A stretch of DNA of 64,000 nucleotides from Candidatus Tayloriibacteriota bacterium (GTDB lineage Bacteria > Patescibacteriota > Minisyncoccia > Phycocordibacterales > PALSA-1337): positions 50,984 through 114,983 of the forward strand of contig JBPOID010000005.1 of the NCBI GenBank assembly GCA_052034805.1. Direction: 5' to 3'. The notes beneath the pieces are model-generated. The model saw only the letters and a program-made list of their open reading frames with translations, was not told where the DNA came from and did not search any database. The translations under genes and the position numbers were made by a program. Below are positions 46,803-57,606 of the stretch, piece after piece. Positions within the stretch are counted from its first letter, which is position 1, and each line of letters opens with the position of its first letter.

Positions 46803-47246
46803 TTGATTATGAATACACAAAAAACAACATTAAGTATATTACGCTATGCAATGTCATTTATTTTCTTATGGGCATTCATAGATAAATTATTCGGTTTGGG
46901 ATTTGCAACATTGGGTAAAGATGCTTGGATAAATGGTGGTTCTCCAACATATGGTTTCTTGATGTTTGCTACAAAGGGACCTTTGGCCCCATTTTTCAAA
47001 AGTCTAGCAGGCATGCCTGTTATAGATTGGATATTCATGCTTGGACTTCTAGGAATCGGTTTATCTTTATTATTAAATAGAGCTTTAATATGGGGAGCAT
47101 TATCAGCTGTAGTAATGCTTAGTCTTATGTGGTTTGCAGTTTTACCACCAGCAAATAATCCTATAATAGATGAGCATACAATATATATTCTAGTTATGAT
47201 TATTCTAGCTATTTATCATAAAGAAGAGAAAAAATTGGATAAATAA
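46803..47246 (+). CDS. DoxX-family membrane protein
   Basis: About 4 TM segments with a LRYAMSFIFLWAFIDKLFG start, typical of DoxX. Confidence 0.5.
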   Translation: MIMNTQKTTLSILRYAMSFIFLWAFIDKLFGLGFATLGKDAWINGGSPTYGFLMFATKGPLAPFFKSLAGMPVIDWIFMLGLLGIGLSLLLNRALIWGALSAVVMLSLMWFAVLPPANNPIIDEHTIYILVMIILAIYHKEEKKLDK

Positions 47247-47471
47247 TGCATATAGTGTATATTAGATTGATATAAATTATATATAATAAATAAAAAATAT
47301 GGCAAAAAGAGCAAGTGCAAGTACAAATAGAAAAACCTCTCGTTCAAAGAAGACAAAGAAGCGTTTAGCAATAAAATACGCTCGTCTATTGGCAAAGAAG
47401 AAGAGATAAATAGAAGAGATAGAAAAAGTTAATAAAATAAAGAGGAGCTAATAAATAAAAGCTAATGATGT

Positions 47472-47500
47472 AAAACCCCGCAAGAACTGCGGGGTTTTAT
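47472..47500. terminator. bidirectional intrinsic terminator hairpin
   Basis: aaaaccccgcaagaactgcggggtttt, lying between the convergent ends. Confidence 0.6.
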
Positions 47501-47532
47501 AATAAAAGCGTATTCTAACTGAAGAAGACCAA

Positions 47533-48453
47533 TCAAAATACTGAAATCAAATATTCATCTATATTTCTCTGATCAAGATCATAGAAATTTTTGCCTTGAT
47601 TATGCAAATCTGTTGCTAGTTTTACACCGACGAAACGCCAATGCCAAGGTTCAAATACATAGAATTTATTATCTTTAGGATAAGAAAGTATAAAGCCATA
47701 TTTATAAGCATTAGCTAAAAGCCAATTATAAGCTGTGGTTTTGTCGAAGCCATCTAATTCCCCACCAAGTCCTACAGTTATAAAATCTACTGCTGTACCT
47801 AGCTGATGTTCACTGTAACCCTGATCTGCTGAGAATTGATTGGCTGTTCCAGCTCCATATACAACTTTATATTTACTTTTCAAAGCTTGTTGTTCACTGA
47901 ATGATCTATATCCAGATTCTACAAATATAGTTACACCATTTACCCTAGCATCATCTATGAGATGTTTGAGATATGGCCATGTATCTGCTTGTATCTTCAC
48001 AACTTTTGTATCACTGTATTTATAATCAGAAGTAACTTCTTCTAATCTCGCTGGTGCATAATATTCATTCAAGAAAAAGACTTTTGAATATTTCTGTAGA
48101 AGTTGTTTATCTGTTTTACTTAATTTCTGCAAAGTATCTACTGTACCTGTTATGGAACCGACTTGTTGTTCATAAGAACCTATTTTCTGAGCTATAAAAC
48201 CTACATTCTGTCTTTCCTCATTTATAGCATTGGTAAGAGTGTTATGAGTTTTTGCTAAATTTTCTTTTATTATATTTGTTGTAGATGATACATTGCTTTC
48301 AAGTACTACAAGATCTGATGAAAGAGAATCTATTTTATTTGTTAGATTTTTGATTTTATAAGAATCATAAGCAAAAGCGATAAATACTACTATAGTAAAT
48401 ATAGAGATTATCAAATCTTTTTTATCTATAGGTTTTATATCTTTATTTTTCAT
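47533..48453 (-). CDS. M15B/VanY-like D-Ala-D-Ala carboxypeptidase, membrane anchored
   Basis: SGYRSFSEQ, SEHQLGTAVDF and EPWHWRFVG Zn-binding boxes. Confidence 0.75.
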   Translation of the reverse strand: MKNKDIKPIDKKDLIISIFTIVVFIAFAYDSYKIKNLTNKIDSLSSDLVVLESNVSSTTNIIKENLAKTHNTLTNAINEERQNVGFIAQKIGSYEQQVGSITGTVDTLQKLSKTDKQLLQKYSKVFFLNEYYAPARLEEVTSDYKYSDTKVVKIQADTWPYLKHLIDDARVNGVTIFVESGYRSFSEQQALKSKYKVVYGAGTANQFSADQGYSEHQLGTAVDFITVGLGGELDGFDKTTAYNWLLANAYKYGFILSYPKDNKFYVFEPWHWRFVGVKLATDLHNQGKNFYDLDQRNIDEYLISVF

Positions 48454-48487
48454 TTTTATAAATCAAACAATGCGAGAAAAAAGAAAA

Positions 48488-50938
48488 TTATAGACAAATG
48501 AGACTAGCTAGAGTATCTCCATCGCGAAGTTTCATAACACGCACGCCTTGAGTTGATCTTCCTAGAGTAGGTATCTCTTTTATATCTATTCTTATAACCT
48601 GACTTTTCTTTGACATTGCAACTATTTCTTCATCTAGATCTGTAACGACTTTTGCTGCCATCAGTGGACCAGTCTTACTAGTAATATTCATTGTTAATAT
48701 TCCTGAGCCACCACGATTCTGAGTTTTGTATTCTGCTAATTTTGTTTTCTTTCCATAACCATTTGATCCCATTACGAATAGTGTTGGATTCTTTGCATCT
48801 TTTGATACTATATCGGCACTTATAACTTCATCATCTTTACCAAGCTTTATCACTCTAACTCCAGCTGCATTTCTACCCATTTCTCTAACATCACTTTCTT
48901 CGAATCTTATGGATTGTCCATCCTTTGTTGCTATAACGATATCATCACCCTTGGATACGAATGATGCTGACATGAGTTCGTCTTTATCATCTAGAGTAAT
49001 AGCGATAAGTCCTGAACGACGAACATCTTTGAAATGTTCTGCTGAACTTTTCTTTCCTGTACCGCCTTTGGTAACCATCATAAGAGAAAGTCCTGCTGAT
49101 TCCTTTTTATTCTTTGGCATTGGCAAAATAGAAGTAACTTTTTCTCCATCCGAAAGTGAAAGGAAATTCATAATCGACTTTCCTTTTGTGGCACGTCTGC
49201 CTTCTGGTAAATCATACATCTTTATTTGATATGCTTTGCCTTTATCGGTAAAGAATAATAAATCACTATGTGCTGTAGCATATATAAGATGTGATATGAA
49301 GTCTTCTTCTTTTGTATCTAAATCTACAACTCCTATACCACCGCGCTTTTGCTTTCTGTATTCATCAGGATTTGTACGCTTTATATAACCACCCTTGGTC
49401 AATACTAATACACTTTCTTCATCAGGTATTAGATCTTCTGGATTAAAGTCTTTTAGATTATGCTTTATGAGTTTTGTTCTACGTTCATCGCCGTATTTCT
49501 CTTTTATATCAGATAATTCTCTCTTTATTATATCTTTAACCTTTTTCTCACTTGCTAATATTTCTTTTAATTCGGCTATAAGATCTTGAACTTCTTTTAA
49601 TTCATCTAATACTTTCTTTCTTTCAAGTCCTGCAAGTTTCTGCAAACGCATTTCTAGAATAGCAGTAGCTTGTCTATCTGAGAATTTGAATTTCTTCATA
49701 AGATTGGCATGTGCCTCTATTGCATCTTTTGAAGCTCTTATAAGAGTAATGATTTCATCTATATGATCTAGAGCTTTCTTCAAACCGATAAGTATATGCT
49801 CTCTATCCTCTGCTTTATTCAAATCAAACTTTGTTCTTCTTCTTACAACTTCTATACGATGAGAAATGAATTCTTGTAGAATAGACTTTATGGATAGAGT
49901 TTGTGGAACTCCATTTACAAGTGCAACAGAGTTTACATGGAATGTATCTTCGAGTTGAGTATGTTGATATAGGAAATTAAGAACTTTCTCTGGATATGCT
50001 CCTTGTTTCAAATCTATAGCGATACGAAGTTCTTTGTCTGACTCATCACGAAGACCCTTTATACCTTCTAATACTTTGTCTCTGATAAGATCTGCTATAC
50101 GCATTATAAGATCACTCTTATTAACACGATAAGGTATAGAAGTAATGATAATTTGGAATTGGCCTTTTTTATCTTCTACTATTTCTGCTTCACCGCGTAC
50201 CACTATTCCACCGCGACCTGTAGAATACGCATGATGTATATCTTTCTCACCATACATAACAGCACCAGTTGGGAAATCTGGACCCTTTATATAAGTGAAT
50301 AAATCATCCATTGTCGCATCTTTATTATCTATAAGATGTACAGTAGCATCTATAACTTCACCTAGATTATGAGGTGCTATATTTGTTGCCATACCGACAG
50401 CAATACCCAATGTTCCATTAAGTAAAAGATTAGGAACAGCAGTAGGGAGAACTATTGGTTCTTTCCTAGTACCATCATAGTTTGGTCTAAACTCTACAGT
50501 ATCTTTTTCTATATCTCTCAATAATTCAGAAGATAGTCTAGACATCTTCGCCTCTGTATAACGCATAGCTGCGGCACCATCTCCATCTATATTTCCGAAG
50601 TTTCCCTGACCAGTGATGAGAGGATAACGCATCTTGAAATCCTGTGCCATCACAACCATAGAATCATAAACAGCAACATCACCATGTGGATGATAATTAC
50701 CTAGTACATCTCCTACAACAACGGCACTTTTTCTGAATTTGCTAGAGAAAGTTAAATTCTTTTCATGCATAGCATAGAGTATTCTCCTATGCACAGGCTT
50801 CAATCCATCACGAACATCAGGTAAAGCACGTGAAGTAATAACAGACATAGCATAGTCTAGATAAGACTCACGCATTTCTGTAGTTATATTTCTCGCAACA
50901 ATTCCCTTTTGATTTTCTGGTTTTTTATCTTCAGCCAT
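48488..50938 (-). CDS. gyrA: DNA gyrase subunit A
   Basis: YAMSVI...[16 protein letters not shown] active-site region, GyrA-box-like C-terminal beta-pinwheel repeats, 816 aa. Confidence 0.95.
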   Translation of the reverse strand: MAEDKKPENQKGIVARNITTEMRESYLDYAMSVITSRALPDVRDGLKPVHRRILYAMHEKNLTFSSKFRKSAVVVGDVLGNYHPHGDVAVYDSMVVMAQDFKMRYPLITGQGNFGNIDGDGAAAMRYTEAKMSRLSSELLRDIEKDTVEFRPNYDGTRKEPIVLPTAVPNLLLNGTLGIAVGMATNIAPHNLGEVIDATVHLIDNKDATMDDLFTYIKGPDFPTGAVMYGEKDIHHAYSTGRGGIVVRGEAEIVEDKKGQFQIIITSIPYRVNKSDLIMRIADLIRDKVLEGIKGLRDESDKELRIAIDLKQGAYPEKVLNFLYQHTQLEDTFHVNSVALVNGVPQTLSIKSILQEFISHRIEVVRRRTKFDLNKAEDREHILIGLKKALDHIDEIITLIRASKDAIEAHANLMKKFKFSDRQATAILEMRLQKLAGLERKKVLDELKEVQDLIAELKEILASEKKVKDIIKRELSDIKEKYGDERRTKLIKHNLKDFNPEDLIPDEESVLVLTKGGYIKRTNPDEYRKQKRGGIGVVDLDTKEEDFISHLIYATAHSDLLFFTDKGKAYQIKMYDLPEGRRATKGKSIMNFLSLSDGEKVTSILPMPKNKKESAGLSLMMVTKGGTGKKSSAEHFKDVRRSGLIAITLDDKDELMSASFVSKGDDIVIATKDGQSIRFEESDVREMGRNAAGVRVIKLGKDDEVISADIVSKDAKNPTLFVMGSNGYGKKTKLAEYKTQNRGGSGILTMNITSKTGPLMAAKVVTDLDEEIVAMSKKSQVIRIDIKEIPTLGRSTQGVRVMKLRDGDTLASLICL

Positions 50939-50957
50939 AATTATGTCTTTCTATTTC

Positions 50958-51248
50958 TTATTGTTTTGGTAATGCTTCTATACTATCATCCGCCTTATAA
51001 TCTATTTTATTACCTCCAGTGAAAATGTCTTTAATATATACAAATATATCACCAACACTAGCAGTAAGTGAAGATATAGGTGACTTCGCCTCCTTCGCCA
51101 AATTAATTTTATTATCTGTTGACATTACACCGCGCGAAGTAATCCAAAATACAAAAATAATCACCGTTATCCCCATAGATGTAAAGAAGGCAATATTTTT
51201 CTTTGCACCATCTGATTTAGAACGAAGTTTTTCTAAAAAATCAAGCAT
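50958..51248 (-). CDS. small membrane protein (unknown function)
   Basis: 96 aa with one TM segment; co-oriented and immediately downstream of gyrA. Confidence 0.4.
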   Translation of the reverse strand: MLDFLEKLRSKSDGAKKNIAFFTSMGITVIIFVFWITSRGVMSTDNKINLAKEAKSPISSLTASVGDIFVYIKDIFTGGNKIDYKADDSIEALPKQ

Positions 51249-51288
51249 ATTTTTATATTTTAATAATAATTTTATATTTTAATAACAA

Positions 51289-51915
51289 TTATTCCTTTGA
51301 TGAATCAAGCAATACAATATCACCTTCTTTTCCATCCAAATCTTTTCTCTTTAATGTAAGTTTTGCTTCTGGTTTTGGATTTTCTCCTGCCTCTTTTAAG
51401 AAAGTTTTCAGAACGTCTTTACCTGAGACTTCATTATAATACATAGGTATGATTATTTTTGGTTCTAGTGATACGGCTAATTTATATGCCTTTACAGGAT
51501 CCAATACATTATCACCACCAATAGGTACAAATAGTATATCTATACCATCCAATGCTTCTTCTGCTTCATTGCTTAATTCACCAGTATTTATTGCTCCTAG
51601 GAAACATATATTCATATTTTCTAGAGATACAGTATATATAGTATTTATTCCAAAACCTGACTTTGATGGCAAACCTTTTATAAATACTCCTTTGACTTCG
51701 TATTCTCCAGGACCATTTATAATAAAAGGTTTCTTTTCTCCATGAGTAACTTGATCTATACCATTGAAATCCTGATGATTAGTACTAACGAATACTATAT
51801 CTGCCCCGAAACGACTTGGTTTTAACTTTGAATCCTTGGAAATAGGGTTAAAAGCAAGCGTAATATCGCCGAATTGTACCTTAAAGAATTCTCCTCCAAA
51901 ATATGTAATTATCAT
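51289..51915 (-). CDS. metallo-beta-lactamase-fold hydrolase (UPF0173-like)
   Basis: MBL-like beta-strand/His-Asp pattern (ADIVFVSTNHQDF...ILFVPIGG). Confidence 0.55.
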   Translation of the reverse strand: MIITYFGGEFFKVQFGDITLAFNPISKDSKLKPSRFGADIVFVSTNHQDFNGIDQVTHGEKKPFIINGPGEYEVKGVFIKGLPSKSGFGINTIYTVSLENMNICFLGAINTGELSNEAEEALDGIDILFVPIGGDNVLDPVKAYKLAVSLEPKIIIPMYYNEVSGKDVLKTFLKEAGENPKPEAKLTLKRKDLDGKEGDIVLLDSSKE

Positions 51916-52027
51916 AATAAATTTGCTCTTATTATAGCAAAAATAGACAAAAAGGCAATTTTCCTTTATAGTGGCTAAAGCGTGACAATTCGCAAGTTAT
52001 CATTATTAATTAAAAAGCGAACCATGC

Positions 52028-53113
52028 TTGAATAAAATGTTAAAAGAAGCCTCAGTTTTAATGGAAAAGCTCTTAAATGAGACAAAAAATCCACCAATTA
52101 TAGGGGATTTGGTAGAAGGACCAGTTATAAATATAGAGAAAAGTGCTGTATATGTAGACTTGGCACCATTCGGTACAGGTATTATATATGGTAGAGAGTT
52201 CATAACAGCTCGCGATATTATAAAGAAAATAAATATCGGAGACGTTATAGCAGCCAAGGTTGTAGATACAAATAATAAAGAAGGTTATATAGAACTTTCT
52301 CTAAAGGAAGCTAGACAAGCTCTAATCTGGAGTGAAGCCGAAGAAGCGATAAAGAATAAGACAATATTAGAATTACCTATAATAGAAGCCAATAAAGGTG
52401 GTCTTATAATACAATGGCAAGGCATAGCAGGATTCCTACCAGCTTCTCAATTAAAAACAGAACATTATCCTAGAGTTACAGATGGAGATAAGGATAAAAT
52501 ATTAGAAGAATTAAAGAAATTAGTAGGACAACATATATCTGTTTCTATTATTTCTGTATTACCAAAGGAAGGAAAACTAATATTCTCAGAAAAGAGTCCT
52601 GAACAAAAAGATAAAGAGAAAACAATAGCAAAATACAAAGTAGATGATGAAGTTACAGGAACAGTAACAGGTATAGTAGATTTCGGAATATTCGTAAAGA
52701 TAGAAGAAGGCCTAGAAGGACTAGTACATATATCAGAAATAGATTGGTCTCTAGTAGATGATCCACGTGCATTATTCAAAGTTGGTCAAAAAGTAAAGGT
52801 AAAGATAATAGAAATAAAAGAAGGAAAAATATCTCTATCTATAAAAGCTTTGAAAGAAAATCCTTGGACAGAAGCATCAAAGAAATACAAGAAAGATATG
52901 CAAGTAAAGGGTGTAGTTATAAAATTCAATAAACACGGTGCATTGGCTTCAATAGAAGAAGGCATAGCAGGATTAGTTCATATATCAGAATTCGGTGGAG
53001 AAGAAAAACTACGCAAAACACTAGAACTTGGCAAGAGTTATGATTTCAAAATTACATTATTTGATGTAAAGGAGCAAAAGATGGCATTATCTTTTGTAGG
53101 TGAGAAGAAATAA
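52028..53113 (+). CDS. rpsA: 30S ribosomal protein S1 (four S1 domains)
   Basis: Repeated S1 OB-fold units (GDLVEGPV, GDVIAAKV, GTVTGIVDFGIFV, GVVIKFNKHGALA). Confidence 0.8.
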   Translation: MNKMLKEASVLMEKLLNETKNPPIIGDLVEGPVINIEKSAVYVDLAPFGTGIIYGREFITARDIIKKINIGDVIAAKVVDTNNKEGYIELSLKEARQALIWSEAEEAIKNKTILELPIIEANKGGLIIQWQGIAGFLPASQLKTEHYPRVTDGDKDKILEELKKLVGQHISVSIISVLPKEGKLIFSEKSPEQKDKEKTIAKYKVDDEVTGTVTGIVDFGIFVKIEEGLEGLVHISEIDWSLVDDPRALFKVGQKVKVKIIEIKEGKISLSIKALKENPWTEASKKYKKDMQVKGVVIKFNKHGALASIEEGIAGLVHISEFGGEEKLRKTLELGKSYDFKITLFDVKEQKMALSFVGEKK

Positions 53114-53153
53114 AAAAAGAGAATTTTAAAAGACTGTAAGTGAAAGTAACAGC

Positions 53154-53738
53154 TTATGAAGCATTATATATGCTCATTGCCTTTTCTCTTCCCTCTTTAA
53201 CTATTACTTCTATAGACTCTTTAACGATTTTGGAGATTTTCTTTATTATCTTCATTTCATCGTCTTTATATTTTCCTAAAATAAATTTCTCTATTTTATC
53301 CTCACCATGAGGAACTTTTGCATTGCCTTTTGCATTCTCAGGGGCTACACCTATTCTTATACGTATAAAGGCTTCTGTTTTTATTGATTTTATAATTGAT
53401 TCTAAACCATTATGTCCTCCGGAGCTTCTATTATATGAAATTCTTATCTTTCCTAATGGCAAATTGAAATCATCGTATATTACTATCAATTTTTCTGCTG
53501 ATTTTATATTCTTTACTATTTGAGAAATAGATTTACCAGAATTATTCATAAAAGTTTCTGGTTCTATTAGTTTTATTTTCTCTTTTCCTATTTTTAATTC
53601 AGATATTCTAGCATTTATTTTTTTATCAAAAGAAAATTCATCATCTGTTAATGATTCTAATACTATTCTTCCAGTATTGTGACGAGTATTCACATATTCT
53701 TCACCTGGATTTCCTAAACCTGCTATTATATATGGCAT
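53154..53738 (-). CDS. pth: peptidyl-tRNA hydrolase
   Basis: MPYIIAGLGNPGEEYVNTRHNTG N-terminus. Confidence 0.9.
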   Translation of the reverse strand: MPYIIAGLGNPGEEYVNTRHNTGRIVLESLTDDEFSFDKKINARISELKIGKEKIKLIEPETFMNNSGKSISQIVKNIKSAEKLIVIYDDFNLPLGKIRISYNRSSGGHNGLESIIKSIKTEAFIRIRIGVAPENAKGNAKVPHGEDKIEKFILGKYKDDEMKIIKKISKIVKESIEVIVKEGREKAMSIYNAS

Positions 53739-53797
53739 AACAGTAGTATATTATATTAAATAGAAGTTGCAAAAGCTCTGCAACACAGAAGAAAATC

Positions 53798-54418
53798 TTG
53801 TGTCAAACGATTAATCATAATACAATTGGCATAATGGACCCTGAAATTTTACCTAAAACAAAAAAAGAAAATTATTTTAAAGAATTTTTTAAAATCGCAA
53901 TCATTGCGATTGTGATAGTGATTCCATTCAGAATGTTTATCGCTGAACCATTCATGGTAAATGGTGAATCCATGGATCCAACATTTGATTCTGGACATTA
54001 TCTCATAGTAGATAGAATCACATATCGTTTCAAAGCCCCAGAAAGATTGGATATAATAGTATTCGATTATCCAAAAGAAGCTGTGAAATACACCGAGAAT
54101 ACAAATATATATCTCATAAAACGTATAATAGGCTTACCAGGAGAAACATTAAATATAAAGGATGGCAAAGTCACAGTAATAAACAAAGAACATCCAGAAG
54201 GAATAATCATCCCTGATAATTTCGTCATAGATTCACATAGAACCAATGAAAATCTAGATATAACTCTAGGTCCAACAGAATATTATGTTATGGGTGATAA
54301 TAGAGCGAATAGTCTTGATTCTAGAAAATGGGGACCTTTGGAAGAAAAATATATAGTAGGTAGACCGATACTGCGCCTACTACCCTTTTCCAAAATAGGC
54401 ATTTTACCAGGAAAATAA
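53798..54418 (+). CDS. lepB: signal peptidase I
   Basis: GESMDPT (box B), GDNRANSLDSRKWG (box E), and an N-terminal TM. Confidence 0.85.
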   Translation: MCQTINHNTIGIMDPEILPKTKKENYFKEFFKIAIIAIVIVIPFRMFIAEPFMVNGESMDPTFDSGHYLIVDRITYRFKAPERLDIIVFDYPKEAVKYTENTNIYLIKRIIGLPGETLNIKDGKVTVINKEHPEGIIIPDNFVIDSHRTNENLDITLGPTEYYVMGDNRANSLDSRKWGPLEEKYIVGRPILRLLPFSKIGILPGK

Positions 54419-54438
54419 AATGAAAAGAAAAATATAAT

Positions 54439-55677
54439 ATGGCAAAAAAAATAAAGAGTGACGGAAAGAGTGAAGCAAAATATATAAATCACAAAAACCT
54501 AGACAGAATAGGTGAAATAGCTGTGTATTATGGATTCACTTCCAAAGAAAGTCCAACAATAAACAAAAATGATATAAATCAAGCAAAAAGTTTATTAGAT
54601 AGTGATTATATAAATAGCGAAGATGATAGCAAGGATCATCTTGCATTACATGTAGAAGAGAAAATCGCCATACTTCGAATGTATCAAGAAGAAAATCTAT
54701 CTTCACAACCACAACCAGTAACTCTATATTTCAAAGAACCCTTTAATGGATCATTAAAAAAGAATGATGACTATAATAGATATTGTGATTTAGAAATAAT
54801 AGGAAATTCTAAAGGTATATCAGAAGCAATCTTAATACAAACAGCGAGAATGATGCTAAAAGAAGAAGGTTATGAGAATGTATGCGTAGAGATAAACAGC
54901 GTAGGTGATAAAGAATCAATGAATAAGTTTACCAAGGAACTTATTAATTACTATAGAAAACATATAGACAGTATGCATGTAGAATGTAGACAATTATTCA
55001 AGAAAGATCCTTTCGAACTCCTACATTGTGAAAATGAAAAATGTAAAAAGATAAATGAAAATGCTCCACATATAATGAATTATCTCGGAGAATCTAGTAG
55101 AAATCATTTCCAAGAAGTATTGGAATACCTCGAGGCATTGGATATACCATACAAAATAAATCATAATCTAATAGGAAATAGAAAATACTGTACAGAAACT
55201 GTATTTGCAATAATAAATCTAGATCATGATAAGAAAAGTAAAGATCATAAAATATTAGCTATGGGTATAAGATATGATGGATTGTCAAAGAAATTAGGAA
55301 TGAAAAAAGAAATTCAAGGAGTCGGAATATCTATACTTATAAAAGGAAGTAAAGCTGAATTAAGAAAAGAAATAAAGAAAACAAAAAGACCTTTTGCTTC
55401 ATTTGTACAATTAGGTTTTGAATCAAAATTACTTTCATTATCTGTTGTAGAAAGTCTCCGAAAAGTCAAAATACCTTTATATTTATCATTAGCAAAGGAT
55501 AGATTAGGAGCTCAAGTCTCTATGGTTGAGAAAAATCATATACCGTATTCTATAATAATGGGTAAAAAAGAAGCCATAGAAAAATCAGTAATAGTTAGAA
55601 ATCTAAATACTCATGCCCAAGACACGGTATCTCTAGATGATTTGCCAAAATATATGAAAAAATTGGAGCCAAAATAG
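54439..55677 (+). CDS. histidyl-tRNA synthetase-like protein with degenerate class II motifs 1 and 2 but retained motif 3 and anticodon-binding domain
   Basis: GIRYDGL aligns with the HisRS motif 3 GGRYDGL. The C-terminal alpha/beta anticodon-binding-like domain is present. The motif 2 region reads LYFKEPFNGSLKKNDDYNRYCD where FRYERPQxGRxRQF is expected. Confidence 0.55.
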   Translation: MAKKIKSDGKSEAKYINHKNLDRIGEIAVYYGFTSKESPTINKNDINQAKSLLDSDYINSEDDSKDHLALHVEEKIAILRMYQEENLSSQPQPVTLYFKEPFNGSLKKNDDYNRYCDLEIIGNSKGISEAILIQTARMMLKEEGYENVCVEINSVGDKESMNKFTKELINYYRKHIDSMHVECRQLFKKDPFELLHCENEKCKKINENAPHIMNYLGESSRNHFQEVLEYLEALDIPYKINHNLIGNRKYCTETVFAIINLDHDKKSKDHKILAMGIRYDGLSKKLGMKKEIQGVGISILIKGSKAELRKEIKKTKRPFASFVQLGFESKLLSLSVVESLRKVKIPLYLSLAKDRLGAQVSMVEKNHIPYSIIMGKKEAIEKSVIVRNLNTHAQDTVSLDDLPKYMKKLEPK

Positions 55678-55720
55678 AAGAGCTTGCTCATATAGACCTT
55701 TTGTGATAATATCCTCCCAT

Positions 55721-55966
55721 ATGATAAATGTAGAAGTTACAAAACACGGCACAGAAAATAGCTTGGGTGTGCTTCGTCGTTTTACAAAGAAAGTCCAAGG
55801 ATCAGGTGTGCTACCTCGCGTTAGAAGCAAGAGATACAATGAACGCTCTCTATCTTCATACAAAACAAAGATGAAGACATTGAAATCTATAAAGAGAAAA
55901 GCAGAAATACAAGAACTTATAAAAATGGGTAAAATGCCAGAAAAGACATCTCGTTTTTCAAGATAA
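55721..55966 (+). CDS. rpsU: 30S ribosomal protein S21
   Basis: MINVEVTKHGTENSLGVLRRFTKKVQGSGVL matches the S21 N-terminal pattern. The ORF track starts at an upstream GTG; I chose the ATG. Confidence 0.8.
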   Translation: MINVEVTKHGTENSLGVLRRFTKKVQGSGVLPRVRSKRYNERSLSSYKTKMKTLKSIKRKAEIQELIKMGKMPEKTSRFSR

Positions 55967-55995
55967 TCTCTGTATTATTCTCTGTATTTTAGATA

Positions 55996-56331
55996 ATGCA
56001 TCAAATAGAATCTATTAAAAATGAAATTCTAGGAAAAGATTATGATCTTTCCTTTTCTTTCATTACTCCAAAAGAAATTCAGAGACTAAATAAGCAATAT
56101 AGAAACATAGACAAGCCAACAGATATACTTTCTTTCCCATTAAGTGATAAAGAAGGAGAAATTTTTATTTGTAAAAGTGAAGCAAGGAAAGAATCAAAAA
56201 AATTTGATAGAGATTATGAAAATTTTCTAAATTTTCTACTTATACACGGCATGGTGCATTTGAAAGGATTCGATCATAGTAGTACAATGGAGAGTATAGA
56301 ATCAAAATTCAGAAAGAAATTTGGTGTCTAA
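55996..56331 (+). CDS. ybeY: rRNA maturation endoribonuclease YbeY
   Basis: TDILSFP and HGMVHLKGFDH metal-binding motifs. Confidence 0.8.
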   Translation: MHQIESIKNEILGKDYDLSFSFITPKEIQRLNKQYRNIDKPTDILSFPLSDKEGEIFICKSEARKESKKFDRDYENFLNFLLIHGMVHLKGFDHSSTMESIESKFRKKFGV

Positions 56332-56343
56332 ATCTTTCTCCAC

Positions 56344-57528
56344 ATGTCGCGTTCAACAATAACTGGTATTGATATTGGAACATACCACGTAAAGGTGGTT
56401 ATTACTCATGGAACAGAAGTAAATGAAAAAGGATTTCCGAAAATACTCGGAACAGGTATAGCAGATTCTAGAGGATTGAGACATGGATATATAGTAAATC
56501 CAAATGATATATCACAAAGTATAAAAAAGGCATTAAGTGATGCAGAAAAAAGAGCAGGAATAAAAGTCAAAAAAGCTTTTGTATCAATAGGTGGTATAGG
56601 ATTGGGTAGTGTAGTATCTAGTAGTTCAATAATAATATCAAAAGCAGATCTAGAAATAACAAATCTAGATATAAAGAAAATACAAGAACAATGCGAGAAA
56701 GATATTCCATCTGGACTTATTTTGAATAAAAAAATAATAAATAGCATTCCCCTTCAATACAAAATAGATGGAAAAGTAATACTAGGAAAGCCAGAAGGCA
56801 TGAAAGGCAGTAAATTCGAAATAAAGACTTTGTATATAACATGCCTAGAACATCATCTAAATGACATTATTCAGTCCGTAGAAGAAGCTGGAGTGAGTGT
56901 AGAGGATGTAGTGGCCTCACCTATCGCTGCAAGCCTTATAACCCTCACCAAGGCACAGAAAATAGCAGGATGCGTACTTGCAAATATCGGTGCCGAAACT
57001 GTATCAATAGCTGTATTTGAGAATAATATGCCAGTATCCCTAGAAATATTCCCCATAGGTTCTACAGATATTACAAATGATATTGCTTTAGGATTAAAAG
57101 TTCCACTAGAAGAAGCCGAGCAGATTAAAATAGGTGCAATAACAGGTAGTTCATATCCTAGGAAAAAGCTAGAGGAAATAATATTCGCTAGACTTTCTGA
57201 TATTTTTGAATTGATAGAATCTCATTTAAAGAAAATAGGTAGAAATGGATTATTACCTGCTGGAATAGTTATAACAGGTGGAGGATCAGGACTTTCTAAT
57301 ATAGAAGAAATGGCAAAGGCTTATCTTAGACTGCCTTCACGTATTGGCTTTATAAATATAGGTAATGGAGAAAAACAGAATTTCAGAGATTCTACATGGG
57401 CTGTGGCTTATGGATTATGTATCCTAGGCACTCATTCTGATGAAGAAGAAGTAATAAATACCAATAGTCAATTCTTGGTAAAAATATGGAAAGGTATAGT
57501 TTCTTGGTTAAAACAATTTCTACCATAA
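56344..57528 (+). CDS. ftsA: cell division protein FtsA
   Basis: Actin-like ATPase (ITGIDIGTYHVKVV) located upstream of ftsZ. Confidence 0.85.
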   Translation: MSRSTITGIDIGTYHVKVVITHGTEVNEKGFPKILGTGIADSRGLRHGYIVNPNDISQSIKKALSDAEKRAGIKVKKAFVSIGGIGLGSVVSSSSIIISKADLEITNLDIKKIQEQCEKDIPSGLILNKKIINSIPLQYKIDGKVILGKPEGMKGSKFEIKTLYITCLEHHLNDIIQSVEEAGVSVEDVVASPIAASLITLTKAQKIAGCVLANIGAETVSIAVFENNMPVSLEIFPIGSTDITNDIALGLKVPLEEAEQIKIGAITGSSYPRKKLEEIIFARLSDIFELIESHLKKIGRNGLLPAGIVITGGGSGLSNIEEMAKAYLRLPSRIGFINIGNGEKQNFRDSTWAVAYGLCILGTHSDEEEVINTNSQFLVKIWKGIVSWLKQFLP

Positions 57529-57606
57529 TTTAAAGAAAACTAGAAGTTGCACGCTAAAATGAGGGTGGTATGATGTAGATACTATCCCTTTTTTAATACA
57601 CTATTC

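Noticed and set aside
47299-47409. 37 aa highly basic ORF (MAKRASASTNRKTSRSKKTKKRLAIKYARLLAKKKR) between the DoxX gene and the bidirectional terminator.
   Set aside because: No recognisable ribosomal-protein family (not L34, L35 or L36 by pattern), no SD, and AT-rich low complexity; it could be real but is unsupported.
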